A stretch of DNA of 64,000 nucleotides, from contig JBGPIA010000002.1 of the NCBI GenBank assembly GCA_041484665.1, positions 64,001-128,000 of the forward strand. The letters run 5' to 3'. How positions within the stretch are numbered: position 1 is the first letter of the stretch; the number at the start of each line of letters is the position of its first letter. Origin of the DNA: Candidatus Krumholzibacteriia bacterium. Lineage in GTDB: Bacteria > Krumholzibacteriota > Krumholzibacteriia > JAJRXK01. Positions 9,218-17,622 of this stretch are shown here, piece by piece. A program made the position numbers and the translations under genes. The notes below the pieces were generated by a model, which ran no database searches, was not told where the DNA came from, and saw only the letters and a program-made list of their open reading frames with translations.

Positions 9218-10060
9218 TTAGCGCAGCAGAGCCAGGGCAGCCTGGGGAACCAGGTTGGCCTGGGCCAGCACGGAGATGCCCGCCTGGTTCAGCACCTGCA
9301 GCGACGTCATCTTGGCGGCCTCCTCGGCCACATCCACGTCACGGATCCGCGAGTTGGCGGCCGTGAGGTTCTCCACCGAGATCCCGAGGTTGCGCACCGT
9401 CGACTCCAGACGGTTCTGGACGGCACCGAACGAGGCGCGGGTCCTGGAGATGCTGGTCAGCGCGGTCTCGATCTTGGCGATGGCAGCCAGCGCGTTGGTG
9501 GCGTTGCTGCCCGTCAGGCTGACCGTCGTCCCCGGGGTCAGGCCCAGGGCCGAGGCGCTGATCGTGGTCGTGAAGGCGACCGAGATGCGGTCGTTGCTCG
9601 TGTTGCCGGTGCCGACCTGCAGGTCGATCGTCCCGCCCTGGCCGTCCAGCAGCTTGGCGCCGTTGAAATCGGCGGTGGCGCCGATCCGCGTCACTTCAGC
9701 CAGCAGCGCCTGGAACTCGTCGTCGAGGAAGCCGCGCTCCGCCGATCCGACCGTTCCGTTCGCCGCCTGCTCCGAGAGCTCGCGCAGGCGGATCATCATG
9801 CTGCTGACTTCGTTCAGGCTGCCTTCTGCAGTCTGGACCATCGAGATGCCGTCGTTCGCGTTGCGGGACGCCTGCTGGAGGGCCCGGACATCGCTGCGCA
9901 GGCTCTCGCTGATCGCCAGCCCAGCGGCGTCGTCACCCGCGCGATTGATGCGCAGGCCGCTGCTGAGCTTCTCCAGCGACTTGCCCAACATCACGCCCGT
10001 GTTGTACAGGTTGCGCTGCGCGTTGATGGAGGCAACGTTGGTGTTTACCCGCAGTCCCAT
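9218..10060 (-). CDS. fliC: Flagellin (minimal, 280 aa)
   Basis: MGLRVNTNVASINAQRNL, LSSGLRINRAGDDAAGLAIS, NANDGISMVQTAEGSL, GAVQNRLE, ENLTAANSRIRDVD, SVLAQAN. AAGGAGG RBS before ATG at 10060. Confidence 0.99.
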   Translation of the reverse strand: MGLRVNTNVASINAQRNLYNTGVMLGKSLEKLSSGLRINRAGDDAAGLAISESLRSDVRALQQASRNANDGISMVQTAEGSLNEVSSMMIRLRELSEQAANGTVGSAERGFLDDEFQALLAEVTRIGATADFNGAKLLDGQGGTIDLQVGTGNTSNDRISVAFTTTISASALGLTPGTTVSLTGSNATNALAAIAKIETALTSISRTRASFGAVQNRLESTVRNLGISVENLTAANSRIRDVDVAEEAAKMTSLQVLNQAGISVLAQANLVPQAALALLR

Positions 10061-10062
10061 GT

Positions 10063-10076
10063 CTTCCTCCTTGAAG
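10063..10076 (-). promoter_or_regulatory. Putative CsrA-binding hairpin covering the fliC Shine-Dalgarno
   Basis: Minus strand reads CTTC-AAGGAG-GAAG-ac-ATG, a 4-bp stem with a GGA hexaloop. Further GGA motifs, including ACGGA, lie upstream in the leader. Confidence 0.7.
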
Positions 10077-10166
10077 GTGGGCGAGGGTCCGATTCCGAAC
10101 TTCGCTCGCAGGGGGCGCTGCCGGTCCGTGGCGTCTCCCCCCGGGGCGGTCGTCGTTGTGCCCGGG

Positions 10167-10193
10167 ATATCGGCCGGGGGCGGTCGGACTTGA
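10167..10193 (-). promoter_or_regulatory. Sigma28 (FliA) promoter of fliC
   Basis: Minus strand reads TCAA-N15-GCCGATAT; consensus is TAAA-N15-GCCGATAA. Confidence 0.85.
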
Positions 10194-10208
10194 GCCACAG
10201 TTTCGGCG

Positions 10209-10223
10209 CGGCACGGGCCTTGA
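10209..10223 (+). promoter_or_regulatory. Possible variant sigma54 promoter for the GNAT-GT2 operon
   Basis: CGGCAC-GGGCC-TTGA has correct spacing, but the -12 element is GA rather than GC. ATG follows at 10240. Confidence 0.3.
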
Positions 10224-10239
10224 GAGGGCCTTCCCCGGC

Positions 10240-11148
10240 ATGTCCGTCGCCGCCGTCACCCTCGCGCTGCGTCGCGCCCAGGCGCGGGACTACGAGGCCG
10301 TTCTGGCCCTCGTGGACGCCGCGTTCGGGGTAGCGCCCAAGGCATCCCTGCGGCAGACGTTTCCCACCGCGCTAGGAAGATCCAACCTCTCCGGCCTGTT
10401 CGTGGGCGAGCACGAAGGCCAGCTGGTGTGCGCCGGCGCGGCGCTGGTGCGCGACTGGGTCACCTCCGCGGGGGTGCTGCGGACGGCCTGCTTGGGCTGT
10501 TTCGCGACGGCACCCGCGCACCGCGGGCGCGGGCACAGCTCCCGCCTGCAGGAGTGGATGCTGCAACAGATGAAGGACGACGGGGCCGACTGGGCCGTGC
10601 TCTTCACCGACCGTCCCTGGATCTACCGCGGGCGCGGCTTCGCGCCGGCCGGGCACGAGCGGCTGGGGTGGCTGGAGCCAGCCGTCTGGCCTGCGCTGCC
10701 GGCCGGTGCCCACCTGCGCCAGGCCGAAGCGGCGGACGCCGCGGCCATCCTGCATCTCTACGCGGAGCATCCCTACCGCGCGGCGCGCAGCGAGGGCGAC
10801 CTGGCGGTCCACCTCGATCCGGCCGTCAGCCGCGTGCTGGTGCTGGAGGAAGCCGGCACCGTCGCCGCCTACGTGGCCATCGGCAAGGGCGTTGACTTTC
10901 CCGCCACCGTGCACGAATACGGCGGCAGCCCGTCGCACGTGCACGCCTTGTGGGGCTGGGCGGTGCGCGCGGAAGGAGCGCGGGCGGTGCTGTTGCCGCA
11001 AGGCACAGAGCGTTACCTCACGGGTCCCGCGGCAGGCATGCCCGGCCGTCCGCAGTCGGCGGCGCAGGCTCGCGTCCTGCGCCCACAGCGAGTGCGCGGG
11101 GGTCTCGATCGGCTGCAATGGGCAGCCTGGGGGTTCGACTCGGCATGA
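10240..11148 (+). CDS. GNAT (Eis-like tandem) N-acyltransferase
   Basis: Acyl-CoA motif A FATAPAHRGRGHSSRL and IYRGRGF; a second degenerate GNAT half (LRQAEAADAAAILHLY). Confidence 0.8.
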   Translation: MSVAAVTLALRRAQARDYEAVLALVDAAFGVAPKASLRQTFPTALGRSNLSGLFVGEHEGQLVCAGAALVRDWVTSAGVLRTACLGCFATAPAHRGRGHSSRLQEWMLQQMKDDGADWAVLFTDRPWIYRGRGFAPAGHERLGWLEPAVWPALPAGAHLRQAEAADAAAILHLYAEHPYRAARSEGDLAVHLDPAVSRVLVLEEAGTVAAYVAIGKGVDFPATVHEYGGSPSHVHALWGWAVRAEGARAVLLPQGTERYLTGPAAGMPGRPQSAAQARVLRPQRVRGGLDRLQWAAWGFDSA

Positions 11149-12800
11149 GTGCGCAAGACGGCGGCGGCGGGCCTCGGCTCTCCGTGTGCATGATCGCGCG
11201 CAACGAGGCCGCCATCCTCGGCCAGGCGCTGGAGTCGGTGCGCTCGCTGGCCGATGAGATCGTCGTGGTGGACACCGGCAGCGAGGACGATACGGCGCAG
11301 CTTGCCCGTTCGCTGGGGGCGGTGGTGGCCCATTTCCCGTGGACCAACGACTTCAGCGCCGCGCGCAACGCCTCGCTGCAGGCGGCCACCGGCGATTGGG
11401 TGCTGATCCTGGACGCCGACGAGCTGATCCAGGAGCAGGACCACGCGCTGATCGCCGCCCTGCTGCGCGGCCCGCGTACGGCGGCCTACATGCTCGAGCA
11501 ACGCAGCTACACCGATCGCACCGATGTCCTGGATTGGATCCCCAACGACGGGCGCCATTCTGGCAGCTGCGCGTACGCGGGCTACGTGAGCATCTGGCAG
11601 GTGCGCCTGGTGCCACGCGACCTGCGCGTGCGCTACGCGGGCGCGGTGCACGAGGAGACGGACGCCAGTCTGCGTGCCGCCGGCTACGCCATCGAGCACC
11701 GTCCGATCGTCGTGCACCATTTCGGCAAGGTGCGCGAAGCGGCGGTGATGGCGCGCAAGCAGGAGCTCTACACCCGCCTGGGCGAGCAGAAGGTCCTGCA
11801 CAGCCCCCAGAGTCCGCGCGCTCTTTACGAGCTGGCGGTGCAGTACGCCGAGGTGGGGCGCCGCGACGAGGCCCAGGCGGCCCTGGAGCGCTTTCTCACG
11901 ATGGGGGCCGAGCCCTTCTTTCGGGGGCGCGCCGCCGCCATCCTCGGGCAGCTCTACCTGCAGCGCGGCGAGCCTGCCCGCGCCGTTGACGTGCTGGAGC
12001 GCGGCGTGCGCGAGCATCCCGTCCTGGTGAGCCTCTGGCATACGCTGGCCCACGCGCTGGATCAGTCGGGACAGCGCGCGCGCGCCGTGCTGGTCCTCGA
12101 GCAGGCCCTCGCCATCTTCGAGGACCACGTGACGCTGCGCGCCTACCTGGGGATGCTCTATCTGGAGTTGCGCCAGTGGGACGTCGCCCACGCCTGCTTC
12201 ACGGCCGTGCGCGAGCGCTTCCCGGCCAGCCCCGCGGCGCGCGCGGGGCTCGCGCTGCAGCCGCTGTTGCGGCGCGGGGTCGCGGGTCTGACGCTGGCCC
12301 GGCCGTGGCTGCAGGAGACATCCGCTGCGCAGCGCCAGACCATTGCGCAGATGCTGGTGCGCGCGGGCCAGACGCCGGCGGCCCTCGCCGTGCTGCTCGA
12401 CGCCTCTGCGGCGGACCGGGCGGCGCTGCTGCCGGAGCTGGAGCGCGTCGCCGGCTGCGCCGGCGATCCGTGGAGCGCGGCCGCGGCCGCCTGCGCTCGG
12501 TCGCTGCACGAAACGCTCACAGGAGCGGAACGGGCGGCGACGGCGCGCCGGTGGCTTGGCGCTTCGACGTTGGGCAGCGGTCTGGCCCTGCTCCATCCGG
12601 CGGGGGAGGTCGAGCCGGGCTTGTTGGGCCTGCGCGCGGCCGCGCTGGCGCGGCTGGGGTGCCCGGCGCTCGCGCGGGCCGGGCTGTCCGCGCTGCGCGC
12701 CCGGCCGGGCTGGGCCGATGCCGCCGACCGGATCCTGGCCACGCTGCCCAGCGGCGCACCCGCGAGCCCGGGGTCAAGCCGCGGAGCCTCCGGCCGATAA
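11145..12800 (+). CDS. GT2 glycosyltransferase with TPR repeats (candidate flagellin glycosyltransferase)
   Basis: LSVCMIARNE, EIVVVDTGSED.T, W.NDFSAARN.SL, WVLILDADE (DxD), Y.GAVHE, then TPR-like helices. ATGA-coupled to the GNAT gene. Confidence 0.88.
   Translation: MSAQDGGGGPRLSVCMIARNEAAILGQALESVRSLADEIVVVDTGSEDDTAQLARSLGAVVAHFPWTNDFSAARNASLQAATGDWVLILDADELIQEQDHALIAALLRGPRTAAYMLEQRSYTDRTDVLDWIPNDGRHSGSCAYAGYVSIWQVRLVPRDLRVRYAGAVHEETDASLRAAGYAIEHRPIVVHHFGKVREAAVMARKQELYTRLGEQKVLHSPQSPRALYELAVQYAEVGRRDEAQAALERFLTMGAEPFFRGRAAAILGQLYLQRGEPARAVDVLERGVREHPVLVSLWHTLAHALDQSGQRARAVLVLEQALAIFEDHVTLRAYLGMLYLELRQWDVAHACFTAVRERFPASPAARAGLALQPLLRRGVAGLTLARPWLQETSAAQRQTIAQMLVRAGQTPAALAVLLDASAADRAALLPELERVAGCAGDPWSAAAAACARSLHETLTGAERAATARRWLGASTLGSGLALLHPAGEVEPGLLGLRAAALARLGCPALARAGLSALRARPGWADAADRILATLPSGAPASPGSSRGASGR
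12774..12800 (+). promoter_or_regulatory. Sigma28 promoter upstream of ORF12873-flgM
   Basis: TCAA-N15-GCCGATAA with a perfect -10 box. Its final TAA is also the GT2 stop codon. Confidence 0.85.
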
Positions 12801-12872
12801 CCACCACGCTGGGACGGGGCAGCCGCGCGGACACGCCGCGCGCTGATTCCCTCGCCCGGCCGAGGTGGGACG

Positions 12873-13199
12873 GTGAACTCGAAGGTGGCTCTGCTCCAGC
12901 AGGTGCTGGCCGTCGCGCGGCGCCAAGTCATGGCGTTTGCCGAGATGGACCTGGATTTGCTAGAGCGGCTTGCGCAGGAGCGAGCCGATCTGTCGCGGCG
13001 CCTGGATTGCCTGGCCGAGCTGCCGGCGGCGTCGGCCGAGGGCGCCGACGTGCCCACCGCGCGCCTGCTCCACGAGATCCACGACGTCGACCTGCAGCTC
13101 AAGGACGGGATCGACGCCCGGATCCGCGACTGCACGCGACGGCTGCAGCAGCTCACCTGGCGGGTGCAGGATCTCGCCGCGCCGGCGCTGGCGCGCTAG
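12873..13199 (+). CDS. Small helical protein, FlgN/FliT-like chaperone (putative)
   Basis: 108-aa all-helical ORF (DLDLLERLAQER.DL, LLHEI...D.QL) between a sigma28 promoter and flgM. Confidence 0.45.
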   Translation: MNSKVALLQQVLAVARRQVMAFAEMDLDLLERLAQERADLSRRLDCLAELPAASAEGADVPTARLLHEIHDVDLQLKDGIDARIRDCTRRLQQLTWRVQDLAAPALAR

Positions 13200-13242
13200 A
13201 CTGGGCTGCGGCATGCGGACGCAATCTGGCATGGAGGAGAGC

Positions 13243-13680
13243 ATGGCCACCCAACCGATTCCTGGCCAGGGCCCGGTGCAACCCAGCCAGATGCGGACCT
13301 CCGCGCAGAAGGGGGACGCGGCGGCGACGCCCGCGGTTCCCGTGGATGCCCCGGCCAGGTCGCCCGAGGCAGCGCCGGGCAAAGCCGCGCCGCCGAGCAC
13401 CGACCGCGTCGAGATCTCCCCCGAGGCGCGCCGCCTGCTGGAGATCAACGATGTGCTGCGTTCCGGCCGTGGCGCTCAGGACGAGCAGCCCGAGGTCCGC
13501 GAAGAGCGCTTGCGCCAGGTGCGCCAGCGTCTGGACGCCGGCGTGTACCAGACGGGCGGCGTCCGCGAGGAGCTCGCCCACCGCCTGACTCCGGTGCTGC
13601 GCGGCATGGACGCCCTGCTGGCCGCCCACGACGAGTCACCCGACGAGGACAGCGCGTCCGCTGATCCGCCGAAGGGCTGA
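13243..13680 (+). CDS. flgM: Anti-sigma28 factor FlgM
   Basis: Low-complexity N-terminus, DRVEISPEAR, PEVREERL..VR.RL..G.Y. GGAGGAG RBS and an upstream sigma28 promoter. Confidence 0.8.
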   Translation: MATQPIPGQGPVQPSQMRTSAQKGDAAATPAVPVDAPARSPEAAPGKAAPPSTDRVEISPEARRLLEINDVLRSGRGAQDEQPEVREERLRQVRQRLDAGVYQTGGVREELAHRLTPVLRGMDALLAAHDESPDEDSASADPPKG

Positions 13681-13724
13681 CACCGGCGGGGGCTCCGCCC
13701 GCCGCCGCAATCCCGCAAAAGCGC

Positions 13725-13753
13725 TGGACCCGCTGCCGGCCGCATGGTAAGAA
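13725..13753 (+). promoter_or_regulatory. Possible sigma70-type promoter for the kinase/regulator pair
   Basis: TGGACC-N17-TAAGAA with an extended -10 TG. ATG at 13761 would be near-leaderless. Confidence 0.35.
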
Positions 13754-13760
13754 ACGCGCC

Positions 13761-15899
13761 ATGCCGGTTCGTCACGGCGCCAGCAGGCCGCCCTCCGGCG
13801 AGCCGGCGCCTTCCCCTCAGACCGTCCTGCTCATCTCCGGGGATCCGGCTCTTGCCGCTCTGCTCTCCACATGCGGAGTGACCGTCGAGCGCGATGTGCA
13901 CACGGCGCCGGCCGTCGTGCTGCTGGATCTCGACGGCAGCGCCGAGCCCGCGGGAGCGCGGGTGGCGCACACGCGGGCGGCGCATCCAGACGCGCTCGTG
14001 CTGGCCGTCGGTGAAGGCAACCCCGGGCGCGCCGTGGCCGAAGCGCTGCGCGCCGGTGCCAGCGACTGGATCTTCCGCCCGCTGGACCGCTGCGAGCTCG
14101 CGCGGGCGCTGGACGCCGCGCTGCTCCGCCAAAACCTGGGACGCCAGGGGCGCAACGTCCTGGAATTCCTCCAGGAGCAGGGCCGCCGCGTCGAGGAGGA
14201 GCGCCGCCGCTTGACGCGTCGAATCGCGGCCATGGGCGAGGAGCTGGAGGCGGCGCATGCGGAGCTGGCGGGGGCGCACCGCGCCCTGCGCGCGCGCGTC
14301 GCGCAGCTAGCCATGCTCTACCGGATCGGACGCGACCTGAGTCACGATCACAACTGGGACGCGGCGCTGGCGCGGCTTCTGGCGAGCCTGCGCGAGTTCC
14401 TGGTGGCGCGCGGTGCCGGCCTGTTGCTGGCCAGCTCGGGCGGCCGGCGGCTCGCCTTGCGCAGCGCCGACGCCCTCGATGGCACAGTGGTCGAGCGCGC
14501 CACCCGGCTCCTGCTGCGCAGCGGCCTGCAGCGCCACCGTGAGCCGTACCTGTATCCGCTCGAGCAGCTCGAGCGGGAGACGCCGCTGCCGTGCGTCGAC
14601 CACGCGGGACCGTGGGACGTCACGGTGCTGCCGCTGCAGCGCGGCGAGGAGGTGCTGGGCTTCCTGCTGCTGGACAAGCCGTATGCCGGCAGCGCCGCCA
14701 TCGCCGAGGATCTGCATTTCCTGATCACGATCCAGACGATTCTGACCGAGGAGGTGGCCGGCGCGCAGGCTTTCTTCGAGCTGCAGCGCCTGCAGGGATT
14801 TCAGGAGCGGACGCTGGACCAGGTCGAGAGCGGAATCATCACGCTGACGGGCGACGGCGGGATGGTCTACGCCAACCGCAAGGCGCGGGATCTGCTCGCC
14901 GGATTGCCCGAGCCCGAGGGCGTGGCGCACGCGCTGCGGGTCGGGACGGACGGCGTACCGCTGCTCACCTGGCTGCTGGCGCAGGCGGACGAAGGGAGCG
15001 CCCAAGGCGAGGGCTGGCTGGCCGGCGCGGCCGCGCAGGGGCCGATCCCGCTCGCGCTGCGCGCGTCGCGCTGGCGCGGGGAGGCGCCAGGGCAGACCTA
15101 TCACGTGGTCATCCTCGAGGATCAGCGGGCCACGCGGCGACTGGAGGCGGAGCGCAGGCGCGCCGCTCGGCAGCAGGAGCTGCTGGTGATGGCCGCCGAG
15201 TGGGCGCACGACGTGCGCACGCCGCTGACGGGGATCCTCCACAGCGCGGAGCTGCTGGCCGAGGCGAGCGGCGCCACGGGCGGGCGCGACCGTCACCTGC
15301 AGGTGATCCGTGGCGAGGTGGACCGTCTCAACGGCCTCGTCTCCAATTTCCTGGACTTCGCGCGACCGGTGCGTCTGGAGCGCCGGCCAGCGGATCTGGC
15401 GGACGTCGCGGCCGGCGCGGTGGAGCTGATGCAGGCCAAGGCCTCCCAGCGCGCGGTGACGCTCGCGTTGGCGCCGCCCGCAGGCGGCGGACTGATGGCC
15501 GAGGTGGACGTCGACCAGATCAAGCAGGTGCTTCTCAACCTCATCGACAACGCGCTCGACGCTTCGCCGCCGGGGCGCGCCGTGGTGGTCGAGGTGCGCC
15601 GCGATCCGCCATCGCCGACGCCGCTGGAGGCCGTGGTGAGCGGCCCGGGGATCGCGCTGGTGGTGGTCGACGAGGGATCCGGGGTCAGCGCCGAGCACAT
15701 CGAGCGCCTGTTCGTGCCGTTCTTCACCACCAAGACGAAGGGCAACGGGCTGGGGCTGGCCATCTCCGAGAAGATCGTGCGCGGGCACGGCGGCCACCTG
15801 CGCTACGAACGTCGTGAAGGCCGCACCTACCTCTGGGCGCTGTTGCCGGCGGCTGTGCCGGCGGGTGCCGCGACCGAGACCCTGCAAGCAAGAGGCTGA
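13761..15899 (+). CDS. Cytoplasmic histidine kinase (REC-like, coiled coil, GAF-like, PAS-like, HisKA, HATPase)
   Basis: H-box WAHDVRTPL, N-box QVLLNLIDNA, DEGSG, LFVPFFTTK..GNGLGL. N-terminal VVLLDLD receiver-like segment. No TM segment seen. Confidence 0.9.
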   Translation: MPVRHGASRPPSGEPAPSPQTVLLISGDPALAALLSTCGVTVERDVHTAPAVVLLDLDGSAEPAGARVAHTRAAHPDALVLAVGEGNPGRAVAEALRAGASDWIFRPLDRCELARALDAALLRQNLGRQGRNVLEFLQEQGRRVEEERRRLTRRIAAMGEELEAAHAELAGAHRALRARVAQLAMLYRIGRDLSHDHNWDAALARLLASLREFLVARGAGLLLASSGGRRLALRSADALDGTVVERATRLLLRSGLQRHREPYLYPLEQLERETPLPCVDHAGPWDVTVLPLQRGEEVLGFLLLDKPYAGSAAIAEDLHFLITIQTILTEEVAGAQAFFELQRLQGFQERTLDQVESGIITLTGDGGMVYANRKARDLLAGLPEPEGVAHALRVGTDGVPLLTWLLAQADEGSAQGEGWLAGAAAQGPIPLALRASRWRGEAPGQTYHVVILEDQRATRRLEAERRRAARQQELLVMAAEWAHDVRTPLTGILHSAELLAEASGATGGRDRHLQVIRGEVDRLNGLVSNFLDFARPVRLERRPADLADVAAGAVELMQAKASQRAVTLALAPPAGGGLMAEVDVDQIKQVLLNLIDNALDASPPGRAVVVEVRRDPPSPTPLEAVVSGPGIALVVVDEGSGVSAEHIERLFVPFFTTKTKGNGLGLAISEKIVRGHGGHLRYERREGRTYLWALLPAAVPAGAATETLQARG

Positions 15900-15904
15900 A
15901 TGTC

Positions 15905-17308
15905 ATGTCCGAGAAATACACGATCCTCATCTGCGACGACGAGGCGACCATCCGCACCTCGCTGCGCGAAGCGCTCGAGGGGCAGGGCTACCAGGTGCTC
16001 GAAACGGGCGATGGCGCTGGGGCACTGGCGAGCTTGCGGGAGGCCCGGCCGGATCTGATGCTGCTGGATCTGAAGCTGCCCGACACCACGGGCGTCGAGC
16101 TGCTGCGCACATTGCGCGGCGACGGCTACGCGTCCCCCGTGATCCTGATGACCGCCTATGGGGACATGCCCACGGCCGTGGAGGCCATGCGGCTGGGCGC
16201 GTACGACTTCGTCCAGAAGCCCTACAGCTTGGCGGACATGAAGCTGAAGGTGAAGGCTGCCCTCAAAGTCCATGAGCGGCAGGAAGTTGCCCGTTCGAAA
16301 GCAGGCAGGGCCACAGCGCGCGAAGGACGCTATCTTTCGCTGCTGCGCCTCTCACCGGGCCTCGCCGAGGTCGTTGAGCGGATCGACAAGGTGGGGCGCA
16401 GCCGAGCGGGCAACGAGGTGTCGGTGCTCATCCAGGGTGAGAGCGGCTCGGGCAAGGAGCTCGTGGCGCGCGCCATCCACGAGGTGAGCCTGCCCGGCGA
16501 GCCCTTCATGGAGATCAACTGCGCCGCCGTCCCCGAGGCGCTGCTGGAAAGCGAGTTGTTCGGCCATGAGAAGGGCGCCTTCACCGACGCGCGCGCGGCC
16601 AAGGAGGGATTGTTCGAGCTGGCGGGCCAGGGGACGATCTTCCTCGACGAGATCGGTGAAATGGGGGTGACCCTGCAGAGCCGCCTGCTGCGCGTGATCG
16701 AGAACCGGCGCTTCCGCCGCGTGGGCGGCAAACAGGACCACGAGGTGCGGGCCCGCATCGTCGCGGCCACCAACCGCGAGCTCCAGCGCGCCATCGAGGA
16801 TGGCATCTTCCGCAACGACCTCTACTACCGTCTGCAGGTGATCGAGATCCACATCCCGCCCCTACGCGAGCGGGCGGCCGACATCCCGGCGCTCACGAAT
16901 ATCTTCATCGCGGCCTTCAACGAGGAGCTGGGCCTCGCGTGCAAGCCGGCCAGCGCTGCGCTGTGCGAGATCCTCCAGACCTATCCGTGGCCGGGCAACG
17001 TCCGCGAGCTGCGCAACATGATCCGGCGGATCATGATCCTGGAGGAGCCCCCTGAGATCCTGCCCGTCCACCTGCCGCGCCACGTCCAGATCGGCGAGAA
17101 CCCGCGGTCGCGAGCCGGCGGTGGCCTCGAGCGCATCGGTCGCGAGCTGCTGCCGCTGGCCGAGGTGGAACGCATCCACCTCGTGCACACGCTCGCCTCG
17201 GTGGACAACAACAAGAGCAAGGCGGCGCGCATCCTGGGCATCAGCCGCCAGACGCTCCGCGAGAAGCTGAAGGCCTACCAGGCAAGCGCCGGGGCGGACG
17301 AGGACTGA
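15905..17308 (+). CDS. Sigma54-dependent response regulator (NtrC family)
   Basis: REC (ICDDE, LLDLKLPD, QKPY), Walker [39 protein letters not shown], Fis-type HTH. Confidence 0.95.
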   Translation: MSEKYTILICDDEATIRTSLREALEGQGYQVLETGDGAGALASLREARPDLMLLDLKLPDTTGVELLRTLRGDGYASPVILMTAYGDMPTAVEAMRLGAYDFVQKPYSLADMKLKVKAALKVHERQEVARSKAGRATAREGRYLSLLRLSPGLAEVVERIDKVGRSRAGNEVSVLIQGESGSGKELVARAIHEVSLPGEPFMEINCAAVPEALLESELFGHEKGAFTDARAAKEGLFELAGQGTIFLDEIGEMGVTLQSRLLRVIENRRFRRVGGKQDHEVRARIVAATNRELQRAIEDGIFRNDLYYRLQVIEIHIPPLRERAADIPALTNIFIAAFNEELGLACKPASAALCEILQTYPWPGNVRELRNMIRRIMILEEPPEILPVHLPRHVQIGENPRSRAGGGLERIGRELLPLAEVERIHLVHTLASVDNNKSKAARILGISRQTLREKLKAYQASAGADED

Positions 17309-17588
17309 CCTCGCGTCTGCCAATTTTCCAGCCAAGCGCGTCGCGGGCGCGCCCCCACGGGCTCGCCGGCGATGCCCGCCCGTACCCGCGGCAAGCACCT
17401 GTCACCCCGCGGGCCTCGCTGCGGTTGCGGTCGCCCGCCCGCCCGAGGGTCTAGCGGCGAATCGGCGCTGCGCGTGCGGCTTCGCGCCCGTGCAGAGGTC
17501 GCCGGCTCGGCGGCGCGCAGCGCCCACGGCCGCTGCGCCGGCGCCGGCGCAGCCGCCGCCGTGCCGCCCGCCTCCGGAAGAACTTGCA

Positions 17589-17603
17589 TGGCATTGCTCT
17601 TGC
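17589..17603 (+). promoter_or_regulatory. Sigma54 (-24/-12) promoter heading the TPR-HK-RR-flgB...fliJ operon
   Basis: TGGCAT-TGCTC-TTGC (GG-N10-GC) at the end of an approximately 310-bp intergenic region. Confidence 0.8.
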
Positions 17604-17622
17604 GCCAGCCGGCGTGTCCGCC

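Noticed and set aside
6562..10240. Oppositely oriented fliC-fliT block as an invertible phase-variation segment
   Set aside because: No flanking inverted repeats or recombinase gene were seen. The block carries its own promoter, so inversion would not switch expression.
17309..17588. Upstream activator or IHF sites before the sigma54 promoters (TGCCAATTTT here; GTCAAC/TTGAC near 27640 and 35980)
   Set aside because: The matches are short and inconsistent. A motif cannot be defined by eye without comparative data.
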